Shown here piece after piece: positions 8,650-17,606 of a stretch of 32,000 nucleotides of DNA. Numbering within the stretch: position 1 is the stretch's first letter; each line of letters begins with the position of its first letter. Position numbers and translations under genes: made by a program. The notes under the pieces were generated by a model. The model was given only the letters and a program-made list of their open reading frames with translations, did not search any database and was not told the DNA's origin. Source of the stretch: Patescibacteria group bacterium (lineage in GTDB: Bacteria > Patescibacteriota > Patescibacteriia > 2-01-FULL-39-33); contig JBAZRV010000002.1 of NCBI GenBank assembly GCA_041662745.1, positions 120,001 through 152,000 of the forward strand. Direction: 5' to 3'.

Positions 8650-10065
8650 ATGAAGATCGCTTTAATTTTTACACCCTCCATTTACCAAACCAAAGAAACT
8701 ATGCCGCCGCTCGGCTTAGCTTGGTTGGCTGCGGTTTTGCAAAAAAATGGTTTCAACGACGTTTATATTATTGATAGTGTCATTAATAAATACGATAATC
8801 AAAAAATAATCGAATTATTAAAAGAACAAGGCGCTGATCTGATTGGGCTTTCTTTTGGCACGCAAAACCGTTTTTATGCTTTTCAATTAGCAGAACTTAT
8901 CAAAAAAAACTTCCCCTCCGTACCGCTTGTGGCGGGCGGACCGCATGTCACCTTGACTGCTGATGACACCTTAAGGCAGATTCAGTCTATTGATATAATT
9001 GTGCGAGGGGAGGGCGAATTTACTTTTTTAGAATTGATTCAGGCGATTGAGCGGGGAAATGACATCAGAATGATTAACGGCCTCTCTTATCGGAATAGCC
9101 AGGGCGAAATTTTCCACAATACTGAACGAACGCCGATTATCGATTTGGATGTCTTGCCTTTTCCGGCCCGGGAATTGTTGCCAATAAAGAATTATCAGCA
9201 GAAAATTCCATTATCGGATAAAATTTGCACGAGTATGATTACTAGCCGGGGTTGTCCTAATAATTGTATTTATTGTTCTACGGCCAGTCAGTGGGGGCAT
9301 AATATTAGATTTCGTTCGCCCAAGAATATTGTGGATGAGATAGAAATAATTGTTAATAAGTATGGTCTTGAAGGAGTTGGCTTTTTTGACGATTGTTTCA
9401 CTGTTGATAAAAAAAGAGTTATCGCTATTTGCCAAGAGATTATAAATCGAGGTCTAAAAATCGGTTGGTGGTGTGAGGCTCGAGCTAATACGCTTGATCC
9501 TGAAGTTTTGGCTTGGATGAAACGCGCTGGTTGCGAGTATATTGCCATGGCGATCGAGTCCGGCAGTAATGAGGTTTTAAAAAGAATAAAGAAAATGATT
9601 ACAGTTGAACAGGGTATTGCCGCCGCTAAAATGATCCATGCCGTTGGTATTAAGCAAAAAATATTTTTTATGCATGGTTTGCCTGGAGAAACCTATGAAG
9701 ACATTAAAAAAACTGTTTTTTTAAGTCGTTATTTATTAGACCGAGTGGGCGTGGAAGAAGCGACCCAAGGCGTAACTATTATTTATCCGCATACGGAAAT
9801 AGAAACGATAGCTAAGGAATTAAATATCTTGCCCCAGGATTTTTCTTGGAGTCGGATTTTCCATGAGCCGCGTTCGTATCCGCCGCTGATAGTTTCGCAA
9901 AATATGCCGATTTTTGAACAGCCGAATTTGAGTTATGAAAATATTTTTCAATTTGCTCGGCGAGCAAAAATGGAATATTACTTATCGCATCCTCTATTTT
10001 TAGCACGGAAATTATGGAAACATAGAGATAATATCACTAAGTGGTTCACGACTAGAACAGTCTAA
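8650..10065 (+). CDS. B12-binding-domain radical SAM protein
   Basis: MPPLGLAWLAAVLQKNG, AGGPHVTL, RGEGE, SRGCPNNCIYC. It starts 1 nt after the stop of the preceding paralog. Confidence 0.9.
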   Translation: MKIALIFTPSIYQTKETMPPLGLAWLAAVLQKNGFNDVYIIDSVINKYDNQKIIELLKEQGADLIGLSFGTQNRFYAFQLAELIKKNFPSVPLVAGGPHVTLTADDTLRQIQSIDIIVRGEGEFTFLELIQAIERGNDIRMINGLSYRNSQGEIFHNTERTPIIDLDVLPFPARELLPIKNYQQKIPLSDKICTSMITSRGCPNNCIYCSTASQWGHNIRFRSPKNIVDEIEIIVNKYGLEGVGFFDDCFTVDKKRVIAICQEIINRGLKIGWWCEARANTLDPEVLAWMKRAGCEYIAMAIESGSNEVLKRIKKMITVEQGIAAAKMIHAVGIKQKIFFMHGLPGETYEDIKKTVFLSRYLLDRVGVEEATQGVTIIYPHTEIETIAKELNILPQDFSWSRIFHEPRSYPPLIVSQNMPIFEQPNLSYENIFQFARRAKMEYYLSHPLFLARKLWKHRDNITKWFTTRTV

Positions 10066-10072
10066 AAAATCT

Positions 10073-11221
10073 TTGAATATGAATTTTGATTTGTTTAATA
10101 CTTTAAAGAAATTATTGTCATTACCGCTGGCCGGTTGGTTAAGATTGGTTGGTCTTATTTTTATTCGTAAAACCACTAGCCGCGCAGTAGTAGTTTTTTA
10201 TAACGGCAAATTGGGTGATATGGTTTGCTTGACACCGGTGTTAGCCGCCTTAAAAAGTAATTATCCAAATCAGAAGCTGATCGTCTATGCCCGGAATAAT
10301 TTTTTAGATGTTTGGCAGAATAATCCCAATTTGGATGAAATTATAGGTTTCGCTGGGGAGCAAGAATCCGGCCGATTTAGTTGGTTAATTAAACAATGGC
10401 AACGATTAAACTCTTTTCAGATTACTGCTTATTATAATTTGATGAATAATTTCGAAGGTGGGATTTTGGGGTTAATGTTGGCGGCCGATTGCCATTATAC
10501 TGTTTCTACCGAGTTGGATGGCCGGTTATTACGTTTGCTTTATCATTTTTATTCAACGAACGAATATAAATTTGATTGTTTGATAAAAGATTTCTATTTT
10601 GAATGGCTGAAAAAAAATGGTTTGAAGATTGAGGGTAATTTGCGGAATCAACTTTTTTTTCCGGGTGATCAAGATGAGGTGGAAGATTTTTTTTCTGCCA
10701 ACTCTTTAGCCGGGCAAACGGTTATCAGCGTCATTATTTCTTCTGGTAAGGATTATAAAATTTGGCCTTTGAGCTATTGGTTGGAATTATTAAAAAGATT
10801 ACAGAATGAATATCAGCCGGTTTTTTTGCTGTTTGGGTTGAAAGAGGATGAAAATTATTTAGAACAGATCAAAACTGAGATTGGTGTTAATGTTTATTTA
10901 ATTTTGGGTAAAGATTTAGAAATTATTCCTTACTATTTAAAAAAAAGTCACTTGTTTATCGGCGTTGATACTGGCTTGTTGTATATGGCTGATGCTTTGT
11001 CAATTCCCGTGGTTGATATTTTGGGACCCTGTGATGATAATAACCAACGGCCGGAAAATACTTATCGCTTGGTGACTGATCGGGCCGTTTGCCGGCCGCA
11101 ATGCAAAATGTTGTACAATGCGCCGATTAATAAAACTGAAGTAGCGGCTTGTTTTTTAGCAATCAGGCCGGAACAAGTTTTCGGGGCTTGTCGGGATTTG
11201 TTATTATTAGTAATTAGGTAA
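10073..11221 (+). CDS. Glycosyltransferase family 9 (heptosyltransferase-like)
   Basis: GKLGDMVCLTPVLAALKSNYP and IGVDTGLLYMADALSIPVVDILGP match the two GT9 hallmark segments. The start is TTG at 10073 or ATG at 10079. A roughly 35-aa N-terminal extension contains a hydrophobic stretch. Confidence 0.8.
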   Translation: MNMNFDLFNTLKKLLSLPLAGWLRLVGLIFIRKTTSRAVVVFYNGKLGDMVCLTPVLAALKSNYPNQKLIVYARNNFLDVWQNNPNLDEIIGFAGEQESGRFSWLIKQWQRLNSFQITAYYNLMNNFEGGILGLMLAADCHYTVSTELDGRLLRLLYHFYSTNEYKFDCLIKDFYFEWLKKNGLKIEGNLRNQLFFPGDQDEVEDFFSANSLAGQTVISVIISSGKDYKIWPLSYWLELLKRLQNEYQPVFLLFGLKEDENYLEQIKTEIGVNVYLILGKDLEIIPYYLKKSHLFIGVDTGLLYMADALSIPVVDILGPCDDNNQRPENTYRLVTDRAVCRPQCKMLYNAPINKTEVAACFLAIRPEQVFGACRDLLLLVIR

Positions 11222-11238
11222 AATATTAATTAAAATAA

Positions 11239-12597
11239 ATGAAATTATTTTTTAATAAAATAAAATCAGTAATAAAAGCAGTTTGGGATTATTTTTGGAA
11301 ACTTAATTTTTTTCGCGATCTTTTATTTTTACAATGGGGCTCATTTTGGGATTTAGGCTTGTCGCTGATGGCTTCAGTTGTTTATGCCCACCTGTTGGGA
11401 GTCGGGACTTATGGCGATTACGCTTTGATTTTCGCCCTAGCCGCTTTAATCGGGTTATTTATGGATTGGGGGACTGGTTATGCCACCTTGACTTTACTTG
11501 CTGAAGCCTATACCAGAAAAAACCGTTCTGAGATTAAAGATATTATTACTTATTTTTTAAAGCTCAATTTGATTATTACGGTCACTTTCGGTTTGGTGGC
11601 AATAATTTTTACTCCGACTTTAGCGGGTTGGTTTTACCATAACCCACTGATTGGTCAGTTAGCCCGGTTGGTTATTATTGGCTCTATTTTTAAAATTTTC
11701 TTTTCCTTGCTTATCAATTTGTTGCAAGTCATGCGTAAAATTAAGTATTTGACGATAATTGAGAATGTAAATAAATTTTTTGCGGTTGTTTTGCCGGTTA
11801 TCCTGGTCTTAATGGGTTTTGGTTTGGCCGGCATTGTTTACGGCTATTTATTGACGATCATCGGCTCCATGGTTTTTTCTATTTTAGTTTATCGCAATTT
11901 TTCTCGACGCAATCCCTTGGTGCCTTCTTTCTCTGAAATCATTGATAATTTTTTTAAGGTTAAAATAAAAAAATATTTTAAATTCGGATTTATTTTGGCT
12001 ATAGATAAAAATTTGTCTAATTTATTCGGTATTTTGCCGCTGATAGTTTTGGGTTACTTGGCCGCTTCCACTGATGTAGCTAATTTAAAAATCGCCTTGG
12101 CTTATTTGGCCCTGCCGAATGGTTTTTTAAATCCGATCAGCCGCTTATTGCAAGTGCAGCTGCCTAAGGCCAAAGTCGCCGGCATCAAAGATTTAAAAGT
12201 TAATTTTTATAAATCATCTTTTTATGCCGGCACAATTTTCATTTTTCTGACTTTGGGATTTTTATTTTTCGCCCCGTTTTTGATTAAATTGGTTTATGGC
12301 AAGTCCTTTGCCGCCAGCGCTCAATTAGTCTATCCACTTAGTTTGAGCGTGATTTTTTCCGGTTTTGCAATCGGCTTCGGTTCCATTTATCGGACGATCA
12401 ATAAGAATATTTTTGCCATCGCTATCAATTCAGCCAGTATTCTATCCGGATTTATCGTGTTGTTTTTCGCCTTAAAATCGTTGTCTCCATTAAATAGCGT
12501 CGTCTTACTGATAGTCTATTGGTCTCTGTTTAATCTTATCAGCCATCTTCTTTACATCAGGGGCTACTTTTTAAAACTAAGTTCCCAAAAAATATGA
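11239..12597 (+). CDS. Polysaccharide/oligosaccharide flippase (MOP/Wzx family)
   Basis: 452-aa polytopic membrane protein with roughly 12 hydrophobic segments, typical of Wzx-type flippases. It sits among GT genes. The stop overlaps the next start (ATGA). Confidence 0.75.
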   Translation: MKLFFNKIKSVIKAVWDYFWKLNFFRDLLFLQWGSFWDLGLSLMASVVYAHLLGVGTYGDYALIFALAALIGLFMDWGTGYATLTLLAEAYTRKNRSEIKDIITYFLKLNLIITVTFGLVAIIFTPTLAGWFYHNPLIGQLARLVIIGSIFKIFFSLLINLLQVMRKIKYLTIIENVNKFFAVVLPVILVLMGFGLAGIVYGYLLTIIGSMVFSILVYRNFSRRNPLVPSFSEIIDNFFKVKIKKYFKFGFILAIDKNLSNLFGILPLIVLGYLAASTDVANLKIALAYLALPNGFLNPISRLLQVQLPKAKVAGIKDLKVNFYKSSFYAGTIFIFLTLGFLFFAPFLIKLVYGKSFAASAQLVYPLSLSVIFSGFAIGFGSIYRTINKNIFAIAINSASILSGFIVLFFALKSLSPLNSVVLLIVYWSLFNLISHLLYIRGYFLKLSSQKI

Positions 12598-13763
12598 GGA
12601 TCGGCTTGGATTACATTAATGCACTAGGCGTGGGCGGGCTAAGCACCTACAGTCAGAATTTAATCGAAAGCTTGGCGTTGATTGATGAGGAAAACCAATA
12701 TTTTCTTGGCAATTATTGCCATGATTTTTTGCCTGGACGATCAAGGCAAAAATTCAACAATCCCAATTTTAAGCTGGCTCCAGTTTATGTAAGTCCGTTG
12801 GGCCTAAGTCTTCCGGAAAAGTTTATGGCGGCTGTTAATCGGCGATCAGTCAAACTAAATTATAAGCTGAGGCGATTGGATTTTTTTCATTTCACTAATC
12901 CCTTAAATTATGTTTTGGGCGTTAAATGCGGCATTGTAACGATTCATGATTTGGCCTTGTTGCATAATCGGACTTGGGCCAAGGATTATGTTGTTTCAGC
13001 TTTTGTTGATAATATCGGAAAAATCATCGGCGAATCAAAAAGGATTATTGCCGATTCCGAATTCACTAAGAATGACATTGTCAAGTTTTTCAGTACTGAT
13101 GAGAAAAAAATTTCCGTCATTCACTTGGCGGCATCCGCAAAATATTATCCGGATATTGACCGTGAATATTTGGCGGCTGAATTCGGCCTTAAAAATTTTA
13201 TTTTTTATGCCGGCCAATTGCAGCCAAGAAAAAATATCTTGCGATTGTTGGAGGCCTATAGTTTGTTGCCGAATGATTTAAAAGACAGGTATCAATTAAT
13301 TTTGGCCGGCCGGCCGCGCAACCAAGAATTTCTGTCGGAGATAAATAAGGCCTTAGAGCGATTTAATTTGGTCGGCCAGGTAAAGATCATGGGGTTTGTT
13401 TCAAACACAGATTTGCGGAAACTTTATAGTTGTGCTAAATTTTTTGTTTATCCGTCGCTATTTGAGGGTTTTGGTCTGCCGATTTTGGAAGCCTATAATT
13501 GCGGTACTCCGGTCATAACTTCCAACACTTCGTCTTTGCCGGAAGTGGCCGGGACTAAAGCGGCGATTTTAGTCGATCCGGAGGATGTCAAAACTTTGGG
13601 AGCGGCGATGGAAAAATTGTTGGTTGATCAGGAATTATACGAAAGTTTAAAAAGCCATGCCTTATTGGAAGCAAAAAAATTCAGTTGGCAGGCAACGGCA
13701 GAAAAAACCAAAGCCGTTTATGAAGATGTTTATCGGGAATTAAAACAAAATTATGGCCGTTAA
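12594..13763 (+). CDS. Glycosyltransferase, GT4 (GT-B)
   Basis: YPSLFEGFGLPILEAYNCGTPVITSNTSSLPEV (EX7E region) and HDLALLHN in the N-terminal domain. 389 aa. Confidence 0.9.
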   Translation: MRIGLDYINALGVGGLSTYSQNLIESLALIDEENQYFLGNYCHDFLPGRSRQKFNNPNFKLAPVYVSPLGLSLPEKFMAAVNRRSVKLNYKLRRLDFFHFTNPLNYVLGVKCGIVTIHDLALLHNRTWAKDYVVSAFVDNIGKIIGESKRIIADSEFTKNDIVKFFSTDEKKISVIHLAASAKYYPDIDREYLAAEFGLKNFIFYAGQLQPRKNILRLLEAYSLLPNDLKDRYQLILAGRPRNQEFLSEINKALERFNLVGQVKIMGFVSNTDLRKLYSCAKFFVYPSLFEGFGLPILEAYNCGTPVITSNTSSLPEVAGTKAAILVDPEDVKTLGAAMEKLLVDQELYESLKSHALLEAKKFSWQATAEKTKAVYEDVYRELKQNYGR

Positions 13764-14709
13764 TTATCCTAAAGTGGACATTATAATTTGCTCGTATCGC
13801 AACAAGGATTTGACAGCTAAATGCCTTGACTCTTTGCTTAATTCTATTTATACTGATTATAGAATTATTTTAGTTGATGACGATTCGCCGGACGATTCCG
13901 TTGCTTTTTTTAAACAAAATTATCCGACTATCACTATTATTGAAAACTCGATTAATTTAGGCGCCGCCCTGGCCCGCAATGTAGGTATTGATGCCGGTCA
14001 AGCCGAATACGTGGTTACAATGGATAACGATGCTTCACTTTCGCCAGCTTGGCTTGGACAAATGGTGGAATTGATGGATGCTGACAAAACAATCGGCCAG
14101 GCGGTTGGCAAAATTTTATTTGCTGATAAACCGGACATAATTGCCGCCGCCGGAGGCAGTATGTTTTTTCGCGGTAAAGGATATGACATCGGACAAGGGA
14201 ATGACGCTAATGATGCCAAATATAATCAGCCGAGGAACGTGTTGTTTGCCTGCAGTGCCGCCATGATTGTCCGGCGTGAGATTTTGCAAGCCGTGGGTGG
14301 ATTTTATGGCGGTTTTTTCCATGGTTATGAAGATGTTGATTTATCATTAAGAATAAATATTGCCGGTTACCGTGTTTTCTATTATCCTTCGGCAACCAGC
14401 TATCATTTGATAAGTGCTACGATTGCTGACACGATTAAGCGGCGGCACAGCACTTATTTGTTTATGCGCAATCGTCTTTTAATCATGCTGAGGAATTATG
14501 AATTAAAAAGCTTAGTGAAGTATTTGCCGCTTAATCTGCGTTTTAATTTAAGATTATGCCTTGACAATCGGGAAAACATTTGGCCTTTTATCCTTAGTCA
14601 CTTTTCCTTTATCAGGGAAATTCCTAATATTATCCGAGCGCGCCGTTTATTAAATAAAATTAGAACCGCAACCGACCGGCAACTGGAATCATTATTTAAT
14701 CTTGATTAA
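13753..14709 (+). CDS. Glycosyltransferase family 2 (GT-A)
   Basis: VDIIICSYRN, ILVDDDSPDDS, TMDNDA (DxD) and GYEDVDLSLR. It overlaps the upstream gene by 11 nt. Confidence 0.9.
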   Translation: MAVNYPKVDIIICSYRNKDLTAKCLDSLLNSIYTDYRIILVDDDSPDDSVAFFKQNYPTITIIENSINLGAALARNVGIDAGQAEYVVTMDNDASLSPAWLGQMVELMDADKTIGQAVGKILFADKPDIIAAAGGSMFFRGKGYDIGQGNDANDAKYNQPRNVLFACSAAMIVRREILQAVGGFYGGFFHGYEDVDLSLRINIAGYRVFYYPSATSYHLISATIADTIKRRHSTYLFMRNRLLIMLRNYELKSLVKYLPLNLRFNLRLCLDNRENIWPFILSHFSFIREIPNIIRARRLLNKIRTATDRQLESLFNLD

Positions 14710-14717
14710 ATTTTATT

Positions 14718-15806
14718 ATGAATCTTTATACTAGACTAAAAATAATTAAACAAAATTGGCCAATAGGCAAGTTCTATTTTTATCATCTATTTAGGCGGGA
14801 TTGGCCGCTTTATAGTTTGATTTTTCAAGTAACCAATCAATGCAACTCTCGTTGCCTAATGTGTTTTAATTGGCAAATTATCAATACGGAGACCGATGAG
14901 CTTTCTTTGGCGGAAATAGAAAAATTTTCTAAAAGCATCGGTACTGTCAGTAGTGTTATTCTGGGCGGCGGCGAACCTTGTTTGCGTGTTGATCTGCCGG
15001 AAATCTGCAAAATTCTTTATCAAAGCGGCGTCACTAAGAAAATTGTTTTGCCGACTAATTGCCTATTGCCGGATTTGATAATCGATCAGACTAAAAAAAT
15101 ATTAGAAATCGCCCCGGTTAAATTGAAAGTTGTTTTATCTTTAGACGGAATCGGAAATGTTCATGATGAAATTCGCGGCATTCAAGGCAATTTTGAAAAA
15201 TTTATTGATACTTACAACCGTCTGGAAGAAATATCTCACACCCATGATTTATTGCAGGTTAGCGTCAACACTACGATTTCTGACAAAAATCAGGATAATA
15301 TTTCGGCGATTATTGATTATATTGATCAGCATCTCAAATTCAAATATCATACCGCCGAAGTTATCCGCGGCACATTTGATAAGGCTAAAATTGGACCGCC
15401 GGCCCTGGCTAAATACGAAGAATTAATTGATCAAACTTTACTCAAGAGCCAAACCACCGATCGTGATCCGGCGCATAAATTATTCTATGCCTATTATCAT
15501 AAATTGGCGCTAAAAATGATGAAGCGGAAGAAACAAATTTTGCCTTGCCGTTCCTCCTCTTTTTTTCCGGTGATTGACGCTTGGGGTAATGTTTATAATT
15601 GTGAGATGCTGCCTAAATTGGGAAATTTAAGGGGTTATGATTACGATTTAAAGAAAATTTGGCATTCTCCGACCGCTCAAAACCAGCGTCACAATATTAG
15701 AAATAAAAAATGCTGGTGTACCCATTATTGCTATCAATCACCAAACATTTTAATAAGTCCTTGGCATCTGTTCAAGGCGGTTTTTGGCGATTATTTTTTC
15801 AAATAA
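14718..15806 (+). CDS. Radical SAM protein with SPASM/twitch-type C-terminal Cys cluster
   Basis: VTNQCNSRCLMCFNW (CxxxCxxC). The C-terminus has CRSSSFFPVIDAWGNVYNC (Cx12Gx4C) plus KKCWCTHYC. Confidence 0.85.
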   Translation: MNLYTRLKIIKQNWPIGKFYFYHLFRRDWPLYSLIFQVTNQCNSRCLMCFNWQIINTETDELSLAEIEKFSKSIGTVSSVILGGGEPCLRVDLPEICKILYQSGVTKKIVLPTNCLLPDLIIDQTKKILEIAPVKLKVVLSLDGIGNVHDEIRGIQGNFEKFIDTYNRLEEISHTHDLLQVSVNTTISDKNQDNISAIIDYIDQHLKFKYHTAEVIRGTFDKAKIGPPALAKYEELIDQTLLKSQTTDRDPAHKLFYAYYHKLALKMMKRKKQILPCRSSSFFPVIDAWGNVYNCEMLPKLGNLRGYDYDLKKIWHSPTAQNQRHNIRNKKCWCTHYCYQSPNILISPWHLFKAVFGDYFFK

Positions 15807-15830
15807 ACTATTGGCCGCTATTTTAAACTT

Positions 15831-17603
15831 ATGGTTGGATTAAAAAAAACGGCAGTTGCTTTTTTAAAAGATAATTATTTAATAATTTCAATCTTGGGTT
15901 TAGGATTGCTGATTCGGCTGTGGGGCGTGGCGAACGACTTGCCGATGATTTCTACGGTCGCCGATGAATCATTGATGATTTTTCCAAGTATTGGCATGCT
16001 GGCTCGGCATAGCTTTATTCCGGAAGCGACTTTAGGCACTTATTTCCCTTTTCTTCATTATGTGTATATTGTTGCTTTTTTGCCGCATATATTTTGGCTG
16101 TTCATTGTTAACGGCTTTAGCTTTTTAGCCGTTGAAAAATCGATTATTTTTGATTTATCGGGGTTAACATTAATGGCTAGGCTATCCTCGATTTTAATGG
16201 GTACGGCGACTATCTGGCTAATTTATGCGATTAGTCTAAAAATCTTCAAACGCCAGTTGCCGGCTTATTTAGCTGCTCTTTTCTTCGCTTTGGATCCGCT
16301 CAATGTCGCTTTAAGCCATGTAGCAAGGGTGTGGGGTCCGCAGACTTTCTTTATTTATTTGTCATTATATTTTTCTTTGCGTTATTTTGGAGATCAGGAT
16401 CAAAAGGTGAAGGTTAGAGGATATTTGATTACGGCTATTTTCATACTTTTATCCATCGGCGTTAACCCGCCCGGGATCTTTGCTTATTTTTTATGGCTGA
16501 TAATTATAGCTGTTTATCGTTTTAATTTAGATTGGAAAAAATATTTTAAATTTTTATTTAGTAAACCCTCGATTTTTTTCCATGGTATATTATTATTGGG
16601 TGGTGCCGCCATCTTATCGCTGGCCAGCGGTTCTTTGATTTTATTGTATAAAGACGCCTATTCTGTTTTTTTTGATGCCGGCAGCAGCGCAGTGATTTCC
16701 GGACACACAGTTACTCGTTCTGTCTTGCCGCTTTGGCAAAAAATTCTTTTATCGTTCAATACTTTTTGGCAGTATGAAAGCGTGGCGATTATTCTTTTTA
16801 TTCCCGCATTATTCCTGATTTTTAGGAAAGATAAGAAACTTTTTTTCTTTTTGTCCTTGTCTTTTTTGGTATTTTTTATTTGTCTGAATCCGCCTTTGAT
16901 AAATTTTGTTCGAGCTCGATACTTGGCGACGATGATGCCGTTTATCGTCTTGCCGGCCGCTTGGCTGTCGGCGGAAATATTCCTTCGGCTAAAAAATAAA
17001 AACTTTTTATTAGCCTTAATATTCATCGGGCTAATTGCGGCACCGGCGTTATTTTTGGATTTACGAAATGACTATTTATTGGCGCGAAGCAGCTCTAACT
17101 TGGATCTTTATTATTGGCTGAAGGATAATTTAAAAGCTGATGAGCGAGCCTTTATTTTCGGCAACTATTTGTCTCAAGATCTTTTGCCTAGTCGAGAATT
17201 ATTAGCCCAGATCAAAAAGTCGGCTCCGGATTATTATTCGGCACGATTCAAATATTTGTCAGATAACAAGTCCGGGGACTGGGCGGGTTATAATCTTTAC
17301 TCGGAAGGTTTTTTATGCCGGTTTTCGCCGGAGCAAATTAAGCAGTTAAAATTTAAATATTTGATAATTTCAGAGAATTCAGATTTAGAAATCAATTTAG
17401 CCGAATTTAAGATTTGTGGTTTAATACCAGTTGATTTATTTAACAGCAATCCGGTTTTTATTCGAGATACTGCTCCGTTTTACAAATATTCCCTTACTGA
17501 TTCCTACTACATCGACGGCAATCTTTTTGCGGAAAGCTATAAGCCGTTGCTGTCAATAAAACAATTCGGGCCGCGAATTAGAGTTTATCAAATTAATCAA
17601 TAA
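15831..17603 (+). CDS. GT-C fold membrane glycosyltransferase (ArnT/PMT, GT39/83-like)
   Basis: 590 aa. About 400 N-terminal residues are polytopic membrane sequence with LLIRLWGV...VADESLMIF (a DE motif in the first predicted loop). The C-terminal domain of about 170 aa is soluble. Confidence 0.7.
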   Translation: MVGLKKTAVAFLKDNYLIISILGLGLLIRLWGVANDLPMISTVADESLMIFPSIGMLARHSFIPEATLGTYFPFLHYVYIVAFLPHIFWLFIVNGFSFLAVEKSIIFDLSGLTLMARLSSILMGTATIWLIYAISLKIFKRQLPAYLAALFFALDPLNVALSHVARVWGPQTFFIYLSLYFSLRYFGDQDQKVKVRGYLITAIFILLSIGVNPPGIFAYFLWLIIIAVYRFNLDWKKYFKFLFSKPSIFFHGILLLGGAAILSLASGSLILLYKDAYSVFFDAGSSAVISGHTVTRSVLPLWQKILLSFNTFWQYESVAIILFIPALFLIFRKDKKLFFFLSLSFLVFFICLNPPLINFVRARYLATMMPFIVLPAAWLSAEIFLRLKNKNFLLALIFIGLIAAPALFLDLRNDYLLARSSSNLDLYYWLKDNLKADERAFIFGNYLSQDLLPSRELLAQIKKSAPDYYSARFKYLSDNKSGDWAGYNLYSEGFLCRFSPEQIKQLKFKYLIISENSDLEINLAEFKICGLIPVDLFNSNPVFIRDTAPFYKYSLTDSYYIDGNLFAESYKPLLSIKQFGPRIRVYQINQ

Positions 17604-17606
17604 AAT

